DNA from: an uncultured delta proteobacterium
GTDB lineage: Bacteria > Desulfobacterota > Binatia > Binatales > Binataceae
Direction of reading: 5' to 3'
Assembly: GCA_963724765.1 (NCBI GenBank)
Contig: CAVRVY010000003.1
Coordinates: 1,440,001-1,504,000 of the forward strand
DNA length: 64,000 nucleotides
The first letter of the stretch is position 1, and every line of letters starts with the position of its first letter. Both the position numbers and the translations under genes were made by a program. This document shows, in pieces, positions 47,641 to 57,775 of this stretch. The notes beneath the pieces are model-generated. The model worked only from the letters and a program-made list of their open reading frames with translations. It did no database searches and was not told the DNA's origin.

Positions 47641-48078
47641 ATGAAATTTGGCGTCGGGGTCGACTATTCGCTCAAGGCGTTGCTGATGCTGGCGGACCGC
47701 TATCCGAACCCGCAGCCGTTGCGCGTGGAGGAGATCGCGGCCGTGCAGGGGGTGCCGGAGAACTACCTGCGCCGCCTGCTGATCGAGCTCAAGCGCGGCG
47801 GCCTGGTGCTGAGCCAGAAGGGGCCGAGCGGAGGCTACATGCTGGCGCGTCCGCCCGCGCGGATCACGATGGCCGACGTGGTCGAGATAATCGAGGGAGA
47901 TTACACGCCGGTGGAGTGCCTGGAGGACGGCGCGAATTCGTTCTGTCCGCGCGACAGCGGATGCCCGATGCGCGACGTGTGGCGCGAAGTGCGCGACAGC
48001 GTGGTGGGCATCCTGCGCAACGCGACCCTGCAATCGCTCGGCGACCGCCGCAAGTCAGCCGTGATGTACCAAATCTGA
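47641..48078 (+). CDS. Rrf2 family transcriptional regulator with three Cys
   Basis: DYSLKAL, YLRRLL, KGPSGGYMLA, IEG, C-x8-C-x5-C. Confidence 0.95.
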   Translation: MKFGVGVDYSLKALLMLADRYPNPQPLRVEEIAAVQGVPENYLRRLLIELKRGGLVLSQKGPSGGYMLARPPARITMADVVEIIEGDYTPVECLEDGANSFCPRDSGCPMRDVWREVRDSVVGILRNATLQSLGDRRKSAVMYQI

Positions 48079-48080
48079 TT

Positions 48081-48803
48081 TCAAGCCTTGCCGTATACGG
48101 GGACCACTGCACCCGAGGTCACGCGGCAATCTTCCGAGCAGAGATACGCGATCGTCCGCGCGATGTCGTCGGGCTTGACCCAGTTCTCGTGTTTCGCTTT
48201 GGGCATCGCCTTGCGATTCGCCTCGGTGTCGATAGTGCTCGGGGCGATCGCGTTGACCAGGATGTTGTCGCCGAGCACCTCTTCGGCGAGCGAGGCGGTG
48301 AAGGTCTTTATCGCGCCCTTGGCCACCGCGTAGGCCGTGTAGTCGCCGGCGCCGGTAAGCCCGCTGCGCGAGCTGACCGAGACGATACGCCCATACCCGT
48401 TGCGCTTCATCGCCGGCACCGCCGCGCGGCAGCATAGAAACGTCGGCTTTAGATGGAGGTCGAACATCGATTGCCATTCGGCGAGTGTGGTTTCGGCCAC
48501 CGGCTTGCCGCCCCAGAATCCCCCGACCAGGTTGACCAGGATGTCGAGCTTGCCGAAACTGTGCAGCACTTCGTCGACCAGCTTCGTGATTTGTTCCTCG
48601 ACGCCGACGTCGCACTTTCGCATCAGGATCTGCGAGGACGGGAAGCGATTGCCGAGACGCTGCTCCACCAATGGGACTTCGGCCTCGACGATGTAGGGCA
48701 CGGCGACTTTCGCGCCTGCGATCAGAAAATATTCGACCGCGGCGCGGCCAAGCGCGCCCGATCCGCCGGTTATGATCGCAACGCGGCCTTCCAGCAGTTC
48801 CAT
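48081..48803 (-). CDS. Short-chain dehydrogenase/reductase
   Basis: ITGGSGALG, LVNLVGG, YAVAK, VNAIAP. Confidence 0.93.
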   Translation of the reverse strand: MELLEGRVAIITGGSGALGRAAVEYFLIAGAKVAVPYIVEAEVPLVEQRLGNRFPSSQILMRKCDVGVEEQITKLVDEVLHSFGKLDILVNLVGGFWGGKPVAETTLAEWQSMFDLHLKPTFLCCRAAVPAMKRNGYGRIVSVSSRSGLTGAGDYTAYAVAKGAIKTFTASLAEEVLGDNILVNAIAPSTIDTEANRKAMPKAKHENWVKPDDIARTIAYLCSEDCRVTSGAVVPVYGKA

Positions 48804-49017
48804 CGATGAAACCTCCCCCGGGGTGGTTGATCGTTGATCGATTCGCCTCGGCCCGATGAGCCGGCTATACCGCGTCAATGCGGGGGCGGGGCGTGAGCCG
48901 CGTTAACGAGCGCAGAATCCAGCCGGCAACGCCCTCTCGCATATGGTCTCCGCGATACGAGTTGCCGGGCTCGATCGCGCCCGCGACGCCTGGCGCCGCG
49001 GGCGCGGAAGGCGCACG

Positions 49018-49599
49018 TTACTTCAGGTTGGCGTTGGCGAAGTCCCAGTTGACCAGGCTCCACCACGCCTCGACATACTTCGCACGCGCATTGCGATAGT
49101 CGATGTAGTAGGCGTGCTCCCACACGTCGCAGGTCAGGATCGGCCTGATATTGTGGGCCACCGGCGAGTCGGCGTCGTGGGTCGCGATGACGTCCAGCGC
49201 GCCGTCGGACTTCTCCACCAGCCAGGCCCATCCGCTGCCGAAATGAGTGGTCGCCGTTTCAGAGAACTTTTTCTTGAAAGCAGCGAAGTCGCCGAAGGCC
49301 TTCTTGATCCCGTCGGCCACTTTGCCGGCCGGCTCACCACCGCCTTTCGGCTTCATCGAGGTCCAATAGAAGCTATGGTTGAAATGCTGGGCCGCGTTGT
49401 TGAACAGGCCGCCGGGGCCGGCCTCCTTGATGATCTGTTCGAGCGGCGCGTTCTCGAACTTGCCGCCCTTGATCAGGTTATTGAGATTAGTGACGTAGGT
49501 AGCGTGATGTTTACCGTGATGAAACTCAAGGGTCTCGGCAGAGATATGAGGCGCCAGAGCGTCCATCGCGTAGGGCAGCTTGGGAAGTTCAAAAGCCAT
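49018..49599 (-). CDS. sodB: Fe superoxide dismutase
   Basis: FELPKLPY, HHGKHH, FNNAAQHFNH, FGSGWAWL, DVWEHAYY. Confidence 0.95.
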   Translation of the reverse strand: MAFELPKLPYAMDALAPHISAETLEFHHGKHHATYVTNLNNLIKGGKFENAPLEQIIKEAGPGGLFNNAAQHFNHSFYWTSMKPKGGGEPAGKVADGIKKAFGDFAAFKKKFSETATTHFGSGWAWLVEKSDGALDVIATHDADSPVAHNIRPILTCDVWEHAYYIDYRNARAKYVEAWWSLVNWDFANANLK

Positions 49600-49822
49600 G
49601 ATCGGGGTACCTTCCTTTTCGGAGAGTTAAACTTGCGGACCACCGGCAAAATACCGGAGCGTCTTCGCCGGGGCGGAATGAACAAAATCCGCACGCGCGT
49701 GCATAGGTGCAACAGTAATTAAATTAACCCGCCCGTCGCGCGGCTTGCAAGTTTGGCGGCCGAGCTGCCGGCGGCCACGGCTGTAAGTCGTGCCGCAGGG
49801 AACCTAGCTGGAAGTCGCGCCG

Positions 49823-50449
49823 CTAGAAGTCTCGACGATTGTTGAGCGCGCTCGAGAGCGTGGCGGCGTCGCTATACTCCAGGTCGCCGCCGGCCGGCAG
49901 GCCGCGGGCGAGCCGGGTGGTCTTGACCCCCAGCGGCTTCAACAGCCGCGCCAGGTAGAGCGCGGTCGCTTCGCCCTCGACGGTTGCATTGGTCGCGATT
50001 ATGACCTCGCGCACCGCCGCTGGATCTTCAAGGCGCATCAGCAGTTCCTTCATCTTGAGGTCGTCGGGGCCGATACCGTCGAGCGGCGCGACCGCGCCAT
50101 GCAGCACGTGATAGAGGCCGCCGAAACTGCGCGCCCGCTCGATCGCCATCAGGTCGGCTGGCCCCTCGACCACGCAAATCACGTCGTGCTCGCGCTCGGG
50201 GTCCTCGCAGATGCGGCAGCGCGGCGCGTCGGCGAGCGCGAAGCATTGCGCGCAAAGCCCCACCCGCTCCTTCATCTCGAGCAGCGCCTCGGCCAGCGCG
50301 ATAACTTCGTCCCGAGGACGGTTTAACAAATTGAACGCCAGGCGCGAGGCGGTCTTTTCGCCCACGCCGGGCAGGCGGGAAAGCTCGCGCACCAGCCGCA
50401 TCATCGCGGGCGGCAAGCCGTCGGCGCGTTTGAGATTGTTCTCGGCCAT
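49823..50449 (-). CDS. recR: Recombination mediator RecR
   Basis: LPGVGEKTA, C4 zinc finger, ICVVE, YHVLHG, EGEATA; dnaX-ybaB-recR synteny. Confidence 0.97.
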   Translation of the reverse strand: MAENNLKRADGLPPAMMRLVRELSRLPGVGEKTASRLAFNLLNRPRDEVIALAEALLEMKERVGLCAQCFALADAPRCRICEDPEREHDVICVVEGPADLMAIERARSFGGLYHVLHGAVAPLDGIGPDDLKMKELLMRLEDPAAVREVIIATNATVEGEATALYLARLLKPLGVKTTRLARGLPAGGDLEYSDAATLSSALNNRRDF

Positions 50450-50510
50450 CGATTTCTATGTGCGCCGGCTCTATCCGCCAAATCCGCCGATGCGCGCGGC
50501 TGCGCCCGCG

Positions 50511-50852
50511 CTATCCGCGGCCGCCGAAGATGCCTGGGGGCAGTGTCATCCCGGCCATCGGCCCGAGCTTGCCCATCTCCTGAGCCACCAGCTCTTGCGC
50601 GCGACGCAGCCCATCGTTGACCGCGACCACGATCAAATCCTCCATCATCGCCTTGTCATCCGTCGCGGCGATTGACGGGTCGATTTCAATCTTGCGTATG
50701 CGCATCGAACCGTCGACTACCACGCGTACCATCCCGCCGCCGGACTGCGCCTCGACGGTCTTTTCGGCCGCCTCGACCTGTAGCTGCTTGAGCTTTTCTT
50801 GCAGAGCCTGGGCTTGGCGCAGCATCGCGGAAAAATCAAATTCGTCGGGCAC
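50511..50852 (-). CDS. ybaB: YbaB/EbfC nucleoid-associated protein
   Basis: AGGAG RBS + GTG; QAQALQEK, SGGGMVRV, MEDLIVVAVND. Confidence 0.93.
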   Translation of the reverse strand: MPDEFDFSAMLRQAQALQEKLKQLQVEAAEKTVEAQSGGGMVRVVVDGSMRIRKIEIDPSIAATDDKAMMEDLIVVAVNDGLRRAQELVAQEMGKLGPMAGMTLPPGIFGGRG

Positions 50853-50856
50853 GGCG

Positions 50857-52881
50857 TTACTCCTGTGAGGGGCGCCGCATCGTCGTCGGCGCTGGATCAT
50901 TGCTCGCGGAAGCATCGAGCGCGGCCGCCGCCTCGGCCGGCGGCGCAGACGGGACGGCGATGGGCCGTTCGCGGACTTCAACCAGTCGGCCCTGGAGCTC
51001 TTCGAAAATGCGGCGCACGACGGGGTCCGCGTATAGCGCCTGGCGATCCGTGGTTAAGCTGCGCGCCGGCAGCGGTGGCAACGGAGAATCCGCCGCCACC
51101 GCTGCCGACGCGGGAGCTGGCCCGTCGCCCACGGCGGACGCATTGGCGGGTGCAGACACGGGCGGCGCTTCGGCGCCGCCCGTGTCTGCACCCGCCGCGC
51201 CGTTGACAGACACTTCGACCCGCAGCTTGCGTCCGTACAGCTCGCTCGCCAGCTCGCCAATCGAAGCCCGATTGTCGTTGAGATAGCGGATATAGATGTC
51301 GTTGCGCGGAATGACGCGGAGCAAATCACCGTCGAGCGCCAACGATGCGCCCTGCTCCATGAAACCGGCCAGCGCGGCGCGGCGCGCGCGGATATGCTCG
51401 CGCAGCTCGGGCAGGTCGAGCAAACCGGGTGAGCCGGAACCAGCGGGCGCCGTCGGGGCTGGTGCCGCTCCCGGCGGCGCAAGCCGCGATGGTGCGGACA
51501 TCGCTGACGCAGGCGTCGACGCCTTCGCAGCCGGGGCGGTCGAGGGCGAGGTCAAGGCCGGCGCGCCGGCCGCACGCAGCGGCGCGGCGGCCTTGACCTC
51601 GCCCTCGACGCGCAGGCGTCGGGTGCCCGCCGACGGAGCGGGTTCCGGGTCGGGGAGGCGCGCCGGAGCGCGCAACCCCGACCCGGAGCCGCCGGAGGCG
51701 GCGCTGGGCGGGGCGGGCGGTGTACCGCCCGCCCCGCCCAGCGCGCGCAGCAGCTCGTCGGCGTCCATCACCGGCGCCATCGTTGCCATCCGCACCACGA
51801 TCATCTCCAGCAGCAGATCGGGGTAGGGGGAGCGGATAATCTGCTCCTGCGCGTCGGCCATCAGCTTGAACAGGCGCATCAGATCGCGCGCGCTCGGACG
51901 TTCGGCGATACGCCGCAGTTCGGACGCTTCATGGTCGGGCAGGTCGGCGAGCGGATTGAGCTCATCGCCCGCCGGCAGCTTGGCGACCGCCAGGTTGCGC
52001 AGCGTTTCGAGCAGGTCGCGGCCGAGCGATTCCAGATTGGCGCCGCGGCGATGCTGTTCGCGGACGGCGCCGAGCGCCGCCGCCGCATCGTGATTGAGGA
52101 TCGCCTCGGCCAGCTTGAACACCGCGCCGCGTCCGGCGACGCCGAGCGAGGCCGCGACCTCGCTCTCGGTTATCTTGCGGCCGAGCGCGGCGATTGCGGT
52201 TTCGAGCATCCGTTCGGCGTCGCGCATGCTGCCACCGGCCTCGCGCGCGAGCAGGCGGAGCGCCGCTTCTTCGACTTCGATCTCCTCGCGCGCCGCCAGT
52301 TCCTTCAGACGTGCCAGCGTGGTGTCGAGCGGGATGCGCCGGAAGTCGTAGCGCTGCAGGCGTGACAGGATCGTCTCGGGCATCTTCTGCGGTTCGGTCG
52401 TCGCCAGGATGAACTTGACGTGGGCGGGCGGCTCCTCGAGCGTTTTCAGCAGCGCGTTAAAGGCCTGGTCGGTAAGCTGATGAGCTTCGTCGATGATGTA
52501 GATTTTGAAGCGGTCGCGCGCGGGACGGTAGCTCAGGTTTTCGATAATCGCGCGGGCGTCATCGATCTTGCGGTAGGTGGCGCCGTCGATTTCGACCACG
52601 TCGAGCGCGCGCCCCTCGCGAATTTCGATACAGGCGGCGCATTCGCCGCACGGTTCGGGAGTCGGTCCTTTTTCGCAGTTGAGGCAGCGGGCCAGGATGC
52701 GCGCGGCGGTGGTTTTACCGACGCCGCGGATGCCGGTGAAGAGAAAGGCGTGCGCGATACGGCCGCTTTGCAGGGCCTGGCCGAGCGTGCGAGTGACGTG
52801 CTCCTGGCCGACCAGCTCGGCGAAGCGCTCGGGGCGCCATTTGCGCGCCAGCACCAGGTGCGATGACGGATCGGAAGCCAT
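50857..52881 (-). CDS. dnaX: DNA polymerase III subunit gamma/tau
   Basis: LARKWRP, GIRGVGKTT, CLNC..PCGECAAC, IDEAHQL, FNALLKTLEEPP, GGSMRDA. Confidence 0.97.
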   Translation of the reverse strand: MASDPSSHLVLARKWRPERFAELVGQEHVTRTLGQALQSGRIAHAFLFTGIRGVGKTTAARILARCLNCEKGPTPEPCGECAACIEIREGRALDVVEIDGATYRKIDDARAIIENLSYRPARDRFKIYIIDEAHQLTDQAFNALLKTLEEPPAHVKFILATTEPQKMPETILSRLQRYDFRRIPLDTTLARLKELAAREEIEVEEAALRLLAREAGGSMRDAERMLETAIAALGRKITESEVAASLGVAGRGAVFKLAEAILNHDAAAALGAVREQHRRGANLESLGRDLLETLRNLAVAKLPAGDELNPLADLPDHEASELRRIAERPSARDLMRLFKLMADAQEQIIRSPYPDLLLEMIVVRMATMAPVMDADELLRALGGAGGTPPAPPSAASGGSGSGLRAPARLPDPEPAPSAGTRRLRVEGEVKAAAPLRAAGAPALTSPSTAPAAKASTPASAMSAPSRLAPPGAAPAPTAPAGSGSPGLLDLPELREHIRARRAALAGFMEQGASLALDGDLLRVIPRNDIYIRYLNDNRASIGELASELYGRKLRVEVSVNGAAGADTGGAEAPPVSAPANASAVGDGPAPASAAVAADSPLPPLPARSLTTDRQALYADPVVRRIFEELQGRLVEVRERPIAVPSAPPAEAAAALDASASNDPAPTTMRRPSQE

Positions 52882-52948
52882 CAGCGATAACCGGTCATAT
52901 AGCGATTACGCAGCGATTGCGGAAAAAGCGGCATGCTGCCCGTCGAGT

Positions 52949-53050
52949 GATAGCTAGGCTCCCCTGCGGCACAGGGTGGCGACCGGTGCCGTTGCTTCCT
53001 TCCGGACCTGGCGGGGTTCGCGATCTTCCCTTGCGCAGGACCCAGCTATC
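52949..53050 (-). ncRNA. ffs: Signal recognition particle RNA (small bacterial 4.5S type)
   Basis: Conserved CCAGGUCCGGAAGGAAGCAACGG domain-IV loop inside a long hairpin; classic position upstream of dnaX. Confidence 0.96.
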
Positions 53051-53146
53051 ATCGGCGGGCAGCCCCCTTCGCGGCCAGCCGCTGAGTCTCTAATTAAATT
53101 CCCATCGAGGCAAGCATGCAACCGCTCCGCTGAGGGGCCGTCCACA

Positions 53147-55180
53147 TCACGCGGCGACGGACTCAGTCGCCGCGCCGGCGCGATACGCCAGTGCGAGCTT
53201 CAGCCACACGCGTGCCGAGTCGGCCAGAATCACGATTACGACCGCGATAAAGATGACAGTCATCGCAGTGTCGGCGCGATCGTTCCATATCAGCCGCTCG
53301 AGTGTTGCAGCGCGTGCGGCGGTCGTTGCGGGGAGCGCCTGCTCGGCCGCGAGTTGCGCCGCGTGGGCAAGGAAGCCGACGTTGGGCGCCGCGCTGAAAA
53401 TCTTTTCCACCCCGGCCGTCATCGTGACCGCGACCAGCCAGCAAAGCGGAGTGAGCGTGACCCAGGCGTAGCGCCCCTTGCCCTGCCGGACCATCGCGGA
53501 GGTCGCGACGCACAGCGCGATCGTCGCCAGCATCTGGTTGGCGATCCCAAAGAGCGGCCACAACGAATTGATCCCGCCGAGCGGATCGATCGTGCCGAAA
53601 TACAGAAAATAGCCCCACGCCGCGACGATCAAAGCCGAGGTCACGACGATGTTGCGATACGACCCGGTGTCGCCCAGCGCCGGATGAAGCTGGCCGAGCA
53701 GGTCCTGGAACATGAACCGCGCGACCCGGGTGCCGGCGTCCAGCGTGCTCAGGATGAACAGCGCCTCGAACATGATCGCGAAGTGGTACCACAGCGCAAT
53801 CACCGCGCTGCCGCCGAGCGAGTGCGCGAAAATATGCGCCATCCCGACCGCCAGCGAGGGCGCGCCGCCGGTGCGCGCGTAAAGCGTCTGCTCGCCGATC
53901 GAAGCGGCCAGCGCGCGCATCTCCTGGTCGGTGACGGCGAAGCCCCACGCGGAAATCTTCTCGCAGGCCGCCACACCCGTGCCGACCACCCCGGCCGGGG
54001 CGTTGACCGCGAAATAGATGCCGGGCTTGATGATAATCGCCGCGATCATCGCCATCACGGCGACGAACGACTCCATCAGCATGCAGCCATAACCGACCAT
54101 CCGCGCGTCACCCTCGCGCTCGAGCATCTTGGGCGTGGTGCCCGACGCGATGAGCGAGTGGAAGCCCGAGATCGCGCCGCAGGCGACCGTGATGAAGGCA
54201 AACGGGAAGACCTTGCCGCCGAAGATCGGCCCGCTGCCGTCGGTAAATCGCGTCAGCGCCGGCATCAGGGTCGGCGGATGCATCGCGACGATCCCCACGG
54301 CCAGCGCGGCGATCGTGCCGACCTTGATGAAGGCCGAGAGATAGTCGCGCGGCGCGAGCAACAGCCAGATCGGCAGCACCGACGCCATGAAACCGTAACC
54401 GATGATCCAGGCGGCCAGATGCGGCGCGTCCATCGCGAAGTAATGGCCCCAGCTAAACGCCTCGACGTACCGCCCGCCGAGCACCGCCGCAAGGATTAGC
54501 GTGACGCCGAGCACCGACGCCTCGACGATCCGGCCCGGGCGCAGGTAAGTCATGTATATCCCGACCAGCATCGCGATTGGCACCGTCGCGGCGACGGTCG
54601 AAGTCGCCCACGTGCTCTGCTTCATCGCGTTGATCACGACCAGGCCGAGCACCGCGATCAGAATGACCATGATGAGCAGCACGCCGCCGAGCGCCACCAG
54701 CCCGCCGACCGGGCCGATCTCGTCGCGCGCCATCTTGCCCAGCGAGCGGCCGTCGCGCTTGAGCGAGTAGCCGAGGATCACGAAATCCTGCACGCATCCG
54801 CCCAGCACCGCGCCGATCACGATCCACAACGTCGAGGGCAGATAGCCGAATTGCGCGGCCAGCACCGGGCCGACCAGCGGGCCAGGGCCAGCGATGGCGG
54901 CGAAGTGATGGCCGAAGGTGATCCATCGCGGAGTTGGGACATAGTCGCGTCCGTTGTTGAGGCGGACGGCGGGCGTCGGATGCGAGTCGTCGAGTTCGAG
55001 CACGCGGCGCGCGATGAAGCCCGAATAAAAGCGGTAGCCGACGGCGTAGATACAGACCGCGGCGATCACGAACCATAGCGCGCTCGGACGATCCTCGCCG
55101 CGGGCGAGCGCGATGTAGGCGAGGCCGCCCGCGCCGAGCGCGGCCACCGCTATCCAGGACAGGATTCGTGCTGCCTTCAA
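53147..55180 (-). CDS. cstA: Carbon starvation protein A family transporter
   Basis: GHHFAAIAGPGPLVGPVLAAQFGY, ACGAISGFH, SGTTPK, TLDAGTR, LWPLFGIANQ. Confidence 0.97.
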   Translation of the reverse strand: MKAARILSWIAVAALGAGGLAYIALARGEDRPSALWFVIAAVCIYAVGYRFYSGFIARRVLELDDSHPTPAVRLNNGRDYVPTPRWITFGHHFAAIAGPGPLVGPVLAAQFGYLPSTLWIVIGAVLGGCVQDFVILGYSLKRDGRSLGKMARDEIGPVGGLVALGGVLLIMVILIAVLGLVVINAMKQSTWATSTVAATVPIAMLVGIYMTYLRPGRIVEASVLGVTLILAAVLGGRYVEAFSWGHYFAMDAPHLAAWIIGYGFMASVLPIWLLLAPRDYLSAFIKVGTIAALAVGIVAMHPPTLMPALTRFTDGSGPIFGGKVFPFAFITVACGAISGFHSLIASGTTPKMLEREGDARMVGYGCMLMESFVAVMAMIAAIIIKPGIYFAVNAPAGVVGTGVAACEKISAWGFAVTDQEMRALAASIGEQTLYARTGGAPSLAVGMAHIFAHSLGGSAVIALWYHFAIMFEALFILSTLDAGTRVARFMFQDLLGQLHPALGDTGSYRNIVVTSALIVAAWGYFLYFGTIDPLGGINSLWPLFGIANQMLATIALCVATSAMVRQGKGRYAWVTLTPLCWLVAVTMTAGVEKIFSAAPNVGFLAHAAQLAAEQALPATTAARAATLERLIWNDRADTAMTVIFIAVVIVILADSARVWLKLALAYRAGAATESVAA

Positions 55181-55397
55181 GACTCTCCCCTTGCCACCCT
55201 CGCTGCGACGCTACCGCATGTCCCACAAGGCGGCCTGCACGATGCCGGCGCCCGCTCGGAAGTCAGGCGTGCGCAACTATTGGCTGATGCTTTAGGAGAG
55301 ACGGGGCGCTCTTTGCAAGCGTGCAACGCCTGCCGGAGGTATCCGGCATGAAAAAGCTTGGCCAACGGGCCGGGGCTGCTAAGCGAGCGATGTCTGA

Positions 55398-55618
55398 TTA
55401 GAAGAGGTCGGTAAATTCGTCGACAGTAAGACCCGAATCACGAATCAGCCTCCTCAGCGTTCCCGGTGCCAGTTCTTTATGATTGGGGACCGTCAATACG
55501 GCTCGTTCGCCGGACTTTTGCAGACTGACGTGACTGCCACTTTGCCGGTCTTTTATCCATCCGGCCTTCTCAAACGCCTTGACATCGTTAGCGCCGGAAG
55601 AGACCGGCAAGCGGTCAT
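55398..55618 (-). pseudogene. hicA: HicA toxin, apparently frameshifted at codon 3
   Basis: KAFEKAGW..QSGSH..TVPNHKEL..GTLRRLIRD. The coupled ATG at 55618 is out of frame; only TTG at 55610 is in frame. Confidence 0.65.
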
Positions 55619-55827
55619 GCGGCCCGAGCCGCGCTTACCTCAACTTCAACTGATTCGGGAATCGGGATGCCGTTGACGGCGCGAGTTTCTGGGCTGAGTT
55701 CGATTGCCTCACGAATGTTGGCAATGGCTTCTTCTCGCGTGCGCCCCTGAGAAACACATCCGGGAAGACTCGGGCATTCCGCGATCACCCAGCCATCTTC
55801 CTCTTCCAAGGTGACGACGTATCTCAT
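55615..55827 (-). CDS. hicB: HicB family antitoxin (short, no DNA-binding domain)
   Basis: YVVTLEEEDGWVIAECPSLPGCVSQGRTREEAIANIREAIEL. Confidence 0.92.
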   Translation of the reverse strand: MRYVVTLEEEDGWVIAECPSLPGCVSQGRTREEAIANIREAIELSPETRAVNGIPIPESVEVEVSAARAA

Positions 55828-55910
55828 CGCTTCAGAATAGCACAACCCGATCTTGCTCGTCAGTTCACGATGAACCCGAAGCGAGCGCCTGGCTCGCTAA
55901 ATCGATTCGG

Positions 55911-56126
55911 TCAGGACGGCTTGATCGGGTTGGCTTCGACCGGGGGCTTGGACTCGGCGGTCTTCTGCGCCTGCGGGCTCGGGACGTCAGGATCGTTCAT
56001 CGCCTTTTTGAAGTCCTTGATCGCCTTGCCGAGCGCGCCACCGACGTCGCCGAGCTTACTCGGGCCGAAAATGATCAGGATGATCACCAGCAGAACCAAC
56101 AAATGGGAAGGTGCGAAAATATCCAT
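55911..56126 (-). CDS. tatA: Twin-arginine translocase TatA/TatE subunit
   Basis: HLLVLLVIILIIFGPSKL..GGALGKAIKDFKKA. Confidence 0.95.
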   Translation of the reverse strand: MDIFAPSHLLVLLVIILIIFGPSKLGDVGGALGKAIKDFKKAMNDPDVPSPQAQKTAESKPPVEANPIKPS

Positions 56127-56272
56127 GGTCATCTCCGCACGGCGGGATCTCGAAACCGTGCGCTTAAAAGTCTATCGCGTGCCGATGCCGATTGCTACCA
56201 GCGGTCTGGGCATCGCGCAAGCCCCAAAACGCTTATGGCAACACGCTACGACACATGGCTATGACAAGACGA

Positions 56273-57775
56273 CTAGTGCCGGCCCACTGGCGCGCGGCGC
56301 GGAGCCGCCGAGTGCGCCGCTCCTTCGCCCACGCCCACGTTCTCCAGCCGGTAGCGCTGGACCTTGCGGTAGAGCGTCGAGAGGTGGATTCCCAGGGCCT
56401 CGGCGGCGCGGACCTTGTCGCCCTCGACGCGTGTCAGCACGCGCCGGATATGCTCGCGTTCGAGTTCCTCCAGCGTCATTCCCGAGCCTTCGCCCGAGCC
56501 GTCGCCCGAGGCCGGCGCCGTCACCGACTTGTCGGAGAGCTTGTCGGGCAGGTCGTGAGCGTGAAGGACGTCGGTCTCGGCCAGGATGGCGGCGCGCTCG
56601 ACGCTGTTTTCGAGCTCGCGCACATTGCCGGGCCACGCATAACCGACCATCACGCGCATCGCGCCCTTGGAAAAACGCATCGTGGAGCGCCCGAGCTGCT
56701 TTTCGTACTTGCGCAGGAAATAGTTCGCGAGAAGCGGGATGTCATCGCGGCGCTCGCGCAGCGCGGGCAGCGCGATGGTAATGACGTTGATGCGGTAGAG
56801 CAGTTCCTCGCGGAAGCGGCCCTCCTTGACCTCGCGCTCGAGGTTGCGGTTGGTCGCGCAAATCACCCGCACGTCGAAGCTCACCGGGTCGTTGGATCCG
56901 AGCGGGTAACATTCGCGCTCCTGGAACGCGCGCAGCAGCTTGACCTGCAGCGCGAGCGGCATCTCGCCGATCTCGTCGAACAGCATCGTGCCCTTGTCAG
57001 CCGCTTTGAGCAGGCCAAGCTTGTCCTGCGAGGCGCCGGTAAACGCGCCGCGCTTGTAGCCGAAGAGCTCGCTCTCGAGCAGGTTCTCGGGCAGCGCACC
57101 GCAGTTGATCGGCAGGAAACGCGCGTGCGCGCGCTCGGAAGTGAAATGGATCGCGCGCGCGACCAGCTCCTTGCCGGTGCCCGACTCGCCGGTGATTAGC
57201 ACGCTGGAGTCGGTGCGCGCGACCTTCTCCATGATGCGGAAGACCTGCTCGATGGCGTCGCTTTTGCCGATGATGTTCTCGAAGCGATATTTGTCGCGCA
57301 GCTCGCGGCGCAGGAAACGGTTTTCCTGGAACAGCGCCTTTTGCGCCAGCGCGTTGCGTACCACGGCCTTGAGGTGATCGTTGGCGAACGGCTTCGTGAT
57401 GTAGTCGTAGGCGCCCTCGTGCAGCGCGTGCACTGCCGACTCCACGCTCGGGTAGGCGGTCACGATGATGCCCATCACTTCGGAATCGAGCGCGCGCACG
57501 CGGCTTAGAAGGTCAAGGCCGCTCCCACCGCCGCCGAGATTGACGTCGATTATCGCGAGGTCGATTTTCTCGCGCTCGAAGATTCCCAGCGCGACCTCGG
57601 CCGCGTGCGCCTCGAAGACCGTGTAGCCCTCGCTACGCAGGAGCTGCGCGATTATCGAGCGCATCAGATCCTCGTCCTCGACCACCAGCACGTGGTACGG
57701 ACCGCGCTGCGGCGGGGGGGCCGTGCGCTCGTGGCCGGCGAGGGTCTCGGGTATTAGCGGCTCGGTTTCGTTCAT
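56273..57775 (-). CDS. NtrC-family sigma54 response regulator
   Basis: Receiver (VVEDE, IID, DYITKPF), [35 protein letters not shown]. Confidence 0.95.
   Translation of the reverse strand: MNETEPLIPETLAGHERTAPPPQRGPYHVLVVEDEDLMRSIIAQLLRSEGYTVFEAHAAEVALGIFEREKIDLAIIDVNLGGGGSGLDLLSRVRALDSEVMGIIVTAYPSVESAVHALHEGAYDYITKPFANDHLKAVVRNALAQKALFQENRFLRRELRDKYRFENIIGKSDAIEQVFRIMEKVARTDSSVLITGESGTGKELVARAIHFTSERAHARFLPINCGALPENLLESELFGYKRGAFTGASQDKLGLLKAADKGTMLFDEIGEMPLALQVKLLRAFQERECYPLGSNDPVSFDVRVICATNRNLEREVKEGRFREELLYRINVITIALPALRERRDDIPLLANYFLRKYEKQLGRSTMRFSKGAMRVMVGYAWPGNVRELENSVERAAILAETDVLHAHDLPDKLSDKSVTAPASGDGSGEGSGMTLEELEREHIRRVLTRVEGDKVRAAEALGIHLSTLYRKVQRYRLENVGVGEGAAHSAAPRRAPVGRH

Noticed and set aside
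50857-52881. dnaX programmed frameshift
   Set aside because: No A-AAA-AAG or poly-A slippery site seen in the gamma/tau linker.
52976-54499. 507-aa plus-strand ORF
   Set aside because: Antisense to ffs and cstA.
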